Below are positions 57,710 through 64,000 of a stretch of DNA of 64,000 nucleotides, one piece after another (position 1 is the stretch's first letter; every line of letters starts with the position of its first letter). The stretch is taken from contig PUJZ01000027.1 in the NCBI GenBank assembly GCA_003550345.1, forward strand, positions 15,134 through 79,133, in the 5' to 3' direction. Both the position numbers and the translations under genes were made by a program. The notes below the pieces were generated by a model that was not told the origin of the DNA, made no database searches, and was given only the letters and a program-made list of their open reading frames with translations. Source of the stretch: Methanomassiliicoccaceae archaeon (GTDB lineage Archaea; Thermoplasmatota; Thermoplasmata; Methanomassiliicoccales; Methanomethylophilaceae).

Positions 57710-58198
57710 ATGTCCTTCCCGCAGAGAAGGGACCGGCTGAGAAGGGCGTTGGCCGCCTGGCCCTTCCTCATTGCCGAGCCCTCGGAAGAGCTCGTCCGCC
57801 TCTGCGATGTCGCCCTGAGGCACGACAGCTACGTCAACGAGAGGATGGCCGCCGACCCGGATGGGGACATGGAGGACAACGAGAGGCTGGAGTTCCTGGG
57901 GGATGCTGTTCTGGAGCTGATCGTCAGGGAGCGGCTCTACCGGTGCGACGGGCTCGACGAGGGGGGCATGACCCGGGCGCTTCAGAGCCTGATATCGAAC
58001 CAGGCCCTTGCTGCCAGGCTCCGTGAGGGGCGTCTCGGCCTGGAGGGCGTGCTGCTCACCGGCGGGGGGCAGAAGGGGCTGAGCGACAGGATGGTGGCCG
58101 GGGCCTTCGAGGCGATGCTGGGGGCGTTGTACCTCACGGCGGGGTTGGACCCCGCGCGCGAGGTCTGCCGCCGCCTCCTGCTTGAGCCCGAGGGCTAG
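57710..58198 (+). CDS. rnc: Ribonuclease III catalytic-domain protein lacking dsRBD
   Basis: [17 protein letters not shown] signature, EG.MT, SN..LA, FEA.LGALYL..G. Confidence 0.82.
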   Translation: MSFPQRRDRLRRALAAWPFLIAEPSEELVRLCDVALRHDSYVNERMAADPDGDMEDNERLEFLGDAVLELIVRERLYRCDGLDEGGMTRALQSLISNQALAARLREGRLGLEGVLLTGGGQKGLSDRMVAGAFEAMLGALYLTAGLDPAREVCRRLLLEPEG

Positions 58199-58482
58199 GC
58201 CTCGGGCTCCGGGCCGAATAGTACTATCTCTATCGAGGAGACGTTGGTCCGCTCGTCGTCGCTGACGCTGACCTCCTCGGTCATCAGGCGGATGTCCTCA
58301 ATCTCCACCTGGGGGAGGAACCTCCGCTGGGCGATCAGGGCCACGTCCACCGCCCGGCTTATCGCCCGGCCGCGGGCCTTCACGTTCACCCTCTGGTTGC
58401 CGTTGTTGAACTGCGTGACCACGGCCAGGACGTAGTTCATGGTGGGCTTCTTGCCGATGAAGACGGTGTTGTCGGGGGGCAT
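58195..58482 (-). CDS. albA: DNA/RNA-binding protein Alba
   Basis: [36 protein letters not shown]. Confidence 0.95.
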   Translation of the reverse strand: MPPDNTVFIGKKPTMNYVLAVVTQFNNGNQRVNVKARGRAISRAVDVALIAQRRFLPQVEIEDIRLMTEEVSVSDDERTNVSSIEIVLFGPEPEA

Positions 58483-58540
58483 TGCAGCTCGCTGCTATGA
58501 TTGTCAGGGTTTTTATTTATTGATTTTCCGGAGAACGGGG

Positions 58541-58777
58541 CTAGAGGGCGTCCAGGATGGCGTACAGTATCCCCAGGGAGAAAACCCAGAGCAGGGGGAC
58601 GACAACGTAGTACATGCCCTTGACGATGCGGAGCTCGGTCTGCCCGTAGGCGCGGTAGAGCTCCAACGATATCAGCACCAGGATGAGGAACAGGGCGATG
58701 GTGCCTCCGGCGAACCCGTCCGCCGCCTCGGTGACGGCGCCCAAGTCGTCGGAGTGGACGTTGGGTACCCCTATCAT
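58541..58777 (-). CDS. Small two-TM hypothetical membrane protein
   Basis: 78 aa with two hydrophobic helices; fills the gap upstream of alba. Confidence 0.5.
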   Translation of the reverse strand: MIGVPNVHSDDLGAVTEAADGFAGGTIALFLILVLISLELYRAYGQTELRIVKGMYYVVVPLLWVFSLGILYAILDAL

Positions 58778-58880
58778 GCGGCCCGTGTAGCATGTGTGAG
58801 TGCTTATAAATTGCGTTCATCGCCGCCGCCGCCCTGAAAAATCCTTTTGTATGCCGCAACCCGATAGGTGGGCGTTGCTT

Positions 58881-59807
58881 ATGGGCGTGCAGGAGACGGC
58901 AGAGGCCATCAGGTCGATGGAGATACGCGGCGCCGGTAGGATCGCCCGCGCCGGAGTGAGGGCGCTGTGCGAGGTGGCCGAGGGCCACCAGGGCGGCAGG
59001 GACGAGCTCCTCCGGGACCTGGAGGAGGCCAAGGAGCATATACTCTCCTCCCGCCCCACCGCCATATCGCTGTGGAACGGGGTGCAGGCCGCCATGCACG
59101 GCGTGGACCGTCTCGAGGACGCCGAGGCGGTCAGGGCGCGGGTGGTGGATAACTCCCGGGCGTTCATCGAGAGGTCGGAGCGGGCCTTGGAGTCCATAGG
59201 GAGGATAGGCGCGAAGCGCATATCCGACGGCGACGTGGTCCTGACGCACTGCAACAGCCACGCCGCCCTCAGCGTCATAAAGGAGGCCCACCGCCAAGGG
59301 AAGAGGCTCGAGGTCATCGCCACCGAGTCCCGGCCCTGGAGGCAGGGCATAATCACCGTCAACGAGCTCGCCGCCGAGGGGATACCGGTCACGATGATAG
59401 TGGACAACGCCGTGCGCAGCATGATGCGCTCGGTGGACCTGGTCCTGGTGGGCGCCGACACCATCACCTCCAGCGGGGTGCTCATCAACAAGATAGGCAC
59501 GTCCCAGATAGCCCTCATTGCCAACGAGGCGAGGGTGCCGTTCCTGGTCTGCAGCGAGACCTACAAGTTCTCCCCCATAACCCTGTTCGGCGAGCTGGTG
59601 GAGATAGAGGAGAGGGGCCGGGCGGAGATCATCGGCGATGCCGACGTGCCCGACAGCGTGACGGTGCGCAACCCGGTCTTCGATGCCACCCCGCCGGAGT
59701 ACATCGACTCTATCGTCACGGAGATCGGCATGATACCGCCGTTCGCCGCCTACGAGGTCATAGTCAAGATATTGGGCCACGATTACATATTCGAGAACAA
59801 GGAGTGA
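58881..59807 (+). CDS. Ribose-1,5-bisphosphate isomerase
   Basis: MEIRGAGRIA, RPTAISL.N, LTHCNS, ESRPW.QG, VGAD, NKIGT, ETYKF, NP.FD.TP. Confidence 0.92.
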   Translation: MGVQETAEAIRSMEIRGAGRIARAGVRALCEVAEGHQGGRDELLRDLEEAKEHILSSRPTAISLWNGVQAAMHGVDRLEDAEAVRARVVDNSRAFIERSERALESIGRIGAKRISDGDVVLTHCNSHAALSVIKEAHRQGKRLEVIATESRPWRQGIITVNELAAEGIPVTMIVDNAVRSMMRSVDLVLVGADTITSSGVLINKIGTSQIALIANEARVPFLVCSETYKFSPITLFGELVEIEERGRAEIIGDADVPDSVTVRNPVFDATPPEYIDSIVTEIGMIPPFAAYEVIVKILGHDYIFENKE

Positions 59808-61057
59808 TGAAGATGCAGTATTCGGAGCGCTACCTCCACCTGGGGGAGCGGATCGACCCGGACTCGCATGTGATATGCAAGTACCGCGTGAAGACCAGCG
59901 CCATGTCCATGATGGAGGCGGCCTCGGCCATAGCCACCGAGCAGTCCACCGGCACCTGGACGGACCTGGTGACCCTCGACGAGGATGTGTTCGAGAAGTA
60001 CGGCGCCAAGGTCATGGAGATAGACGGGGACGTGGCCACCGTGGCCTTCCCCGAGGATGATTTCAGCATCGAGGTGGGGGGCGTGCCGCAGATACTCAGC
60101 GTCATCGCGGGCAACCTCTTCGGCCTCGGCGACATCGAAGGGGTGAGGCTGGAGGACGTCTCCTTCCCCAAAGGCATAATCGAGCAGTTCAAAGGGCCGA
60201 AGTACGGCATCGAAGGCCTGAGGCGGAGGCTGAAGCGTCCGGATAAGCCCTTGGTGGGGACCATCGTCAAACCGAAGATAGGCCTCTCGCCCCAGGCCAC
60301 CGCCGAATACATACTGGAGTGCGGCCGCGGGGGCCTGAGCAACAGCAAGGACGACGAGACCCTTGTCGACCAGGTCTTCTGCCCCATCGAGGACCGGACG
60401 GTGGCGATAGCCGAGGCGATAGACACCCTGGAGGAGGAGGGGCGGCACATGGTGCACGCCATAAACGTCACCACCTCCGGCCATCGCATCCTCGAGCTCG
60501 CCGAGCGGGTGCAGGAGCTGGGCGCGTCGCAGATAATGGTGGACGTGCTCACCGCCGGCTTCGCCGCCGTGCAGGCGCTGGCGGAGGACCCGTCCATCAA
60601 GCTGCCGGTGCATGTGCACCGGACCATGCACGGGGCCATCACCCGGAACCCGCAGCACGGCATCGCCATGCTGCCCCTGGCCAAGCTCTCCCGCATGTGC
60701 GGGGGCGATGCGCTGCACATAGGCACCCTGGGGGTGGGCAAGATGAGGGGGACGTGCCAGGAGGACCTGGAGAACCGCGACGCCTGCCTGGACGCCTCGC
60801 TGCCCTACCGGCCGGTGATGCCGGTCTGCTCGGGGGGCCTGCACCCCGGAATGGTGAAGAAGCTGGTGGACATCGCCGGCTTCGACTCCCAGATACAGGC
60901 CGGCGGCGGGGTGGCCGGCCATCCGGGAGGGGTCATGAAAGGGGCCATGGCCATGGCCCAGGCGGTCGACGCAGCCTATATGGGCGTCGAGCTGGAGGAT
61001 CACGCCCGGGACCATCCCGAGCTGGCCGCAGCATTGGAAAAATGGGGATCCCTATGA
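59807..61057 (+). CDS. rbcL: RuBisCO large subunit, form III-like
   Basis: EQSTGTWT, GNLFG, GTIVKPKIG, KDDE, HVHRTMH, HIGT..VGKM (loop-6 Lys), SGGLHPG, QAGGG..GHP. Confidence 0.88.
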   Translation: MKMQYSERYLHLGERIDPDSHVICKYRVKTSAMSMMEAASAIATEQSTGTWTDLVTLDEDVFEKYGAKVMEIDGDVATVAFPEDDFSIEVGGVPQILSVIAGNLFGLGDIEGVRLEDVSFPKGIIEQFKGPKYGIEGLRRRLKRPDKPLVGTIVKPKIGLSPQATAEYILECGRGGLSNSKDDETLVDQVFCPIEDRTVAIAEAIDTLEEEGRHMVHAINVTTSGHRILELAERVQELGASQIMVDVLTAGFAAVQALAEDPSIKLPVHVHRTMHGAITRNPQHGIAMLPLAKLSRMCGGDALHIGTLGVGKMRGTCQEDLENRDACLDASLPYRPVMPVCSGGLHPGMVKKLVDIAGFDSQIQAGGGVAGHPGGVMKGAMAMAQAVDAAYMGVELEDHARDHPELAAALEKWGSL

Positions 61058-62571
61058 AGCTAAAGGTGAAATTCTTCGACGTCGACACCCTGGAGAACGA
61101 GGTCATACTCCACGAGGACGACTGCATAGAGCTGGGCGTGCAGGAGATGGACAGGGTGAAGATCATGGCGCCCAGCGAGACCATGGTCGCCCTGGTGGAG
61201 AGGAGCGACAGCGTCCTCGAGCGCGGCGAGATCGGCCTGATGAAGGACGCCTACCACGGCCTCAAGGTCAAGCCGGGGGAGGAGGTCGTCGTCACCTTCG
61301 CGCCCAAGCCCGAGTCGGTGCGCTTCGTGCGCAAGAAGATGGACGGGCAGAAGCTCAGCAAGGAGGAGATCCACGCCATCGTCTACGACATAGTCGAGTA
61401 CCGCCTCTCCAACATCGAGGTCTCCGCCTGGTTGACCTCCCTCTACATAAACAGCATGGACCTGGAGGAGATCGCCCACCTCACCGACGCCATGGTGAAG
61501 ACCGGCGACGTGCTCCAGTTCGAGCGGGGGCCGGTCTTCGATTTCCACAGCGTCGGCGGCGTCCCCGGCAACAAGATAACCCCCATCGTGGTGTCGATCG
61601 TCGCCGAGGCCGGCCAGCTCATACCCAAGACCTCGTCGCGGGCGATCAGCAGCGCCGCCGGGACCTCGGACTTCGTCGAGGTCTTCTGCAACGTGGACAT
61701 CGACGCCATGAGCCTGAAGGAGATCGCCGAGACCCATGGCGGCGCCTTCACCTGGGGGGGATCGATAAACCTCGCCCCCGTGGACGACATCGTCATCAAG
61801 GTGGAGTACCCCCTGGCCATCAACCCGCGGGCGCAGATGCTCGCCTCCATCATGAGCAAGAAGAAGGCCATCGGGGCCGACTTCCTGCTCATCGACCTGC
61901 CCACCGGGGAGGGCACCAAGATATCCAACGTGGAGGAGGCCAGGGCCTACGCCCGGGACTTCATGACCCTGGGGGACATGCTGGGGATGCGCGTGGAGTG
62001 CGCCATCACCTACGGGGACCAGCCGGTGGGCGCCAGCATCGGCCCCGCCCTGGAGGCGCGCGAATGCGTGCGCATCCTCGAGGGCGAGGAGCATCCGTCC
62101 AGCGTGGTGGAGAAGGCCTGCGAGCTGGCGGGCATGATACTGGAGATGGGCGGGCATCACAACGGCCCCAAGCTGGCGAGGGAGATACTCTCGTCAGGGA
62201 GGGCGCTGAAGAAGTTCCGTGAAATCGTCGCCGCCCAAGGAGGGGACCCGGGGCTCAAGTCCGAGGACATCGTCCCCGGCGAGTTCACCCATCCCGTGAC
62301 GGCTCCGCGCTTCGGCTATGTGAACGCCATCCGCAACAAGGACCTGGTCGCCGTGGCCCGCGCCGCGGGCTCCCCCCACGACAAGGGCGCCGGGATCCTG
62401 CTGCACAGCAAGAAGGGGCACCGCGTGGAGACCGGCACGCCGCTGTTCACCATTTACGCCGACAACGAGGCCAAGCTCAAGCGGGCGGTGGACACGGCCA
62501 AGAAGCTGCAGCCCATGACCATCGAGGGGATGCTCATAACGAAGGTCCCGGGCGGCGTGCCCCAGCTCTGA
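61054..62571 (+). CDS. AMP phosphorylase
   Basis: N-terminal extra domain, HSVGGVPGNK, PKTSSRAISSAAGT, ASIMSKK, IGPALEA, AG.P.DKGAG; ATGA overlap with rbcL. Confidence 0.93.
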   Translation: MKLKVKFFDVDTLENEVILHEDDCIELGVQEMDRVKIMAPSETMVALVERSDSVLERGEIGLMKDAYHGLKVKPGEEVVVTFAPKPESVRFVRKKMDGQKLSKEEIHAIVYDIVEYRLSNIEVSAWLTSLYINSMDLEEIAHLTDAMVKTGDVLQFERGPVFDFHSVGGVPGNKITPIVVSIVAEAGQLIPKTSSRAISSAAGTSDFVEVFCNVDIDAMSLKEIAETHGGAFTWGGSINLAPVDDIVIKVEYPLAINPRAQMLASIMSKKKAIGADFLLIDLPTGEGTKISNVEEARAYARDFMTLGDMLGMRVECAITYGDQPVGASIGPALEARECVRILEGEEHPSSVVEKACELAGMILEMGGHHNGPKLAREILSSGRALKKFREIVAAQGGDPGLKSEDIVPGEFTHPVTAPRFGYVNAIRNKDLVAVARAAGSPHDKGAGILLHSKKGHRVETGTPLFTIYADNEAKLKRAVDTAKKLQPMTIEGMLITKVPGGVPQL

Positions 62572-63298
62572 GGCGCTGCCTCTCGATGGCCTCGTCCATG
62601 CTGAGGCCGCCGAGGGCGACCTCCTCCGCCAGCGCCGCCGAGATGGTGATGTCGCCGCTGACCCGCCGGCTCTCGCGCTGCAGGTCGCGCAGCCCGCCGC
62701 GAGTCGAGCTGGGGCGGGGCATGTCCGCCAGGCGGCGGCCTTCGCCGCGGGCGATGGACTCGGCCGCCTGCAGGTGGTCCAACGGGCTCTTGCCGCTGGT
62801 GCGGGCCTCATCGACCACCTGGACCTCGTCCACCAATGGCCAGGCGGCGCGGATGCAGCGGTCCCGGTTGACCGGGTCGCCGTGGCCGATGCGCAGCAGG
62901 ACCCCGGGCGGGGACACCCCCTGCCGGGCGCTGAGCAGCACGGCGGCGATGCCCTCCGGCCCATCGAGGGACCCTTTGGCCAGCGTCCTGCCCTTCATCA
63001 TGAGCGCGTAACCGGGCCGCATCCCCGGGTCCACGCCGGCCACCAATATGGCGTCCTCGCAGTCCTCCCTGAGGCTCAGGGCCTTCAGCAGCGCGGTCTC
63101 CGGATCGGGGTCCTCCACCACGGGCGCGAAGCCGATGAGCCCGCCCTCGCCGGCCGAGCAGACCACCACCGCCACGTTGCTGGGGACCGGGTCCCCCGGC
63201 CGCAGCGATACGAATGGCTCGCCCCTCTCCCGCAGAAGACCGACCAGGTCATGGAAGAGGGAGAAGTCCTCGGTGGCTATGGCGATAAGGCCGTCCAT
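62534..63298 (-). CDS. Hypothetical protein with YqgF/RuvX-like RNase H-fold motifs
   Basis: GVDPGMRPGYA, RIGHG, VDEARTS, DH..AA..IA. Confidence 0.55.
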   Translation of the reverse strand: MDGLIAIATEDFSLFHDLVGLLRERGEPFVSLRPGDPVPSNVAVVVCSAGEGGLIGFAPVVEDPDPETALLKALSLREDCEDAILVAGVDPGMRPGYALMMKGRTLAKGSLDGPEGIAAVLLSARQGVSPPGVLLRIGHGDPVNRDRCIRAAWPLVDEVQVVDEARTSGKSPLDHLQAAESIARGEGRRLADMPRPSSTRGGLRDLQRESRRVSGDITISAALAEEVALGGLSMDEAIERQRLRAGARRPGPSL

Positions 63299-63338
63299 GC
63301 TGATGAAGAGGAAAATGGCGCTTAAAGGGTTTCCCCGC

Positions 63339-64000
63339 TCACTTGCGGAACAGGTTCTCGAAGATGCCGCCCTTGTGGCCTTCCTCGCCGGAGAGCTTGC
63401 GCAGCAGGTCCTTCTCCTTGGCGGAGAGCTTCTTGGGGACCTTGATCTTCACCCGCACGAGCTGGTCGCCGCGCGGGCCGCCGCCCATGCGGGGCAGGCC
63501 GTGGCCCTTCATGCGCAGCACGGTGTCCACCTGGGTGCCGGGCGGGATCTTCAGCTCGGCGGTGCCGCCCTCTATGGTGGGCACCTGCTCCTCCGAGCCC
63601 AGGGCCAGCTTGGGATAGCTGGTGACCAGGTCGAGCCAGAGGTTGGGGCCGTCGCGGCGGAAGACCTCGTGGGGGCGCACGTGGACGATCACGAAGAGGT
63701 CGCCCGGGGGCCCGCCGTGCATGCCGGCGTCCCCGGCCCCGGGCACCCGCAGGCGGGTGCCGTCCTCGACGCCCGGAGGTATGTCCACCGTCACCTTGGA
63801 GCTGCGCTTCTGCCGGCCCACGCCGTCGCAGGAGGGGCAGCGCTCCTTGAAGGTGCGGCCCTCGCCCTGGCACTTGGGGCAGGCGGAGATGGAGACGAAG
63901 CGGCCGAAGCCGGAGTCCCGAATGGACTGCACCTGTCCGGCTCCGCCGCACTCGCCGCAGGTCTGCACGTCGCCCCCTTTGCCGCCGGTGCCGCGGCAGT
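63339..64000 (-). CDS. dnaJ: Chaperone DnaJ, C-terminal part (5' end beyond window)
   Basis: CxxCxGxG repeats, IPPGVEDG, GDLFV, ALG...VPT, IPPGTQ, GDQLV.V...VPKKL. Confidence 0.95.
   Translation of the reverse strand, partial: CRGTGGKGGDVQTCGECGGAGQVQSIRDSGFGRFVSISACPKCQGEGRTFKERCPSCDGVGRQKRSSKVTVDIPPGVEDGTRLRVPGAGDAGMHGGPPGDLFVIVHVRPHEVFRRDGPNLWLDLVTSYPKLALGSEEQVPTIEGGTAELKIPPGTQVDTVLRMKGHGLPRMGGGPRGDQLVRVKIKVPKKLSAKEKDLLRKLSGEEGHKGGIFENLFRK

Noticed and set aside
59807..61057. RuBisCO-like protein (form IV) for methionine salvage
   Set aside because: Catalytic and loop-6 residues are retained, and the neighbours are R15P isomerase and AMP phosphorylase
60319..62571. 750-aa ORF suggesting an extended AMP phosphorylase; similar extensions at 41343, 54798, 15833, 13761 and 28284
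   Set aside because: The extensions are out-of-frame readings of upstream genes; the true starts sit at stop/start overlaps or just after the upstream stop
1..64000. CRISPR arrays, IS elements, rRNA genes
   Set aside because: No spaced direct repeats, transposase ORFs or rRNA-like sequence seen; intergenic gaps are all under about 350 bp

Overview
GC-rich archaeal chromosomal window, most consistent with a Methanomassiliicoccales (Thermoplasmatota) methanogen. The evidence is a complete fpoABCDHIJJKLMN operon with no fpoF/fpoO, methanogenesis marker protein 11, an HdrCB-like pair, PCNA, TFS, Alba, Csl4 and Nob1. It holds about 72 CDS and one tRNA-Val(TAC); I saw no CRISPR array, transposase, integrase or prophage. 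Main blocks: hcp with a divergent HxlR regulator; proAB and proC; split archaeal glutamate synthase plus a convergent GltB-FMN-like protein; RNA-maturation genes; a polyprenyl synthase and geranylgeranyl reductase directly after fpoN; a bacterial-type tetrahydrofolate C1 cluster (folD, fhs, metV, metF, acsE, purH) next to hdrCB; transketolase/transaldolase; and a contiguous R15P isomerase-form III RuBisCO-AMP phosphorylase operon. The best candidate for an undescribed system is the clustered H4folate methyl branch with an AcsE-type methyltransferase, in a lineage regarded as lacking methyl oxidation. Other leads: a four-cluster FpoI, a long-chain prenyl synthase beside the headless Fpo, an HxlR operator over the hcp promoter, an RNase III lacking its dsRNA-binding domain, a structured uspA leader, and six convergent gene pairs joined by palindromic stop codons. 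All product calls come from motif recognition by eye; no database search was run.
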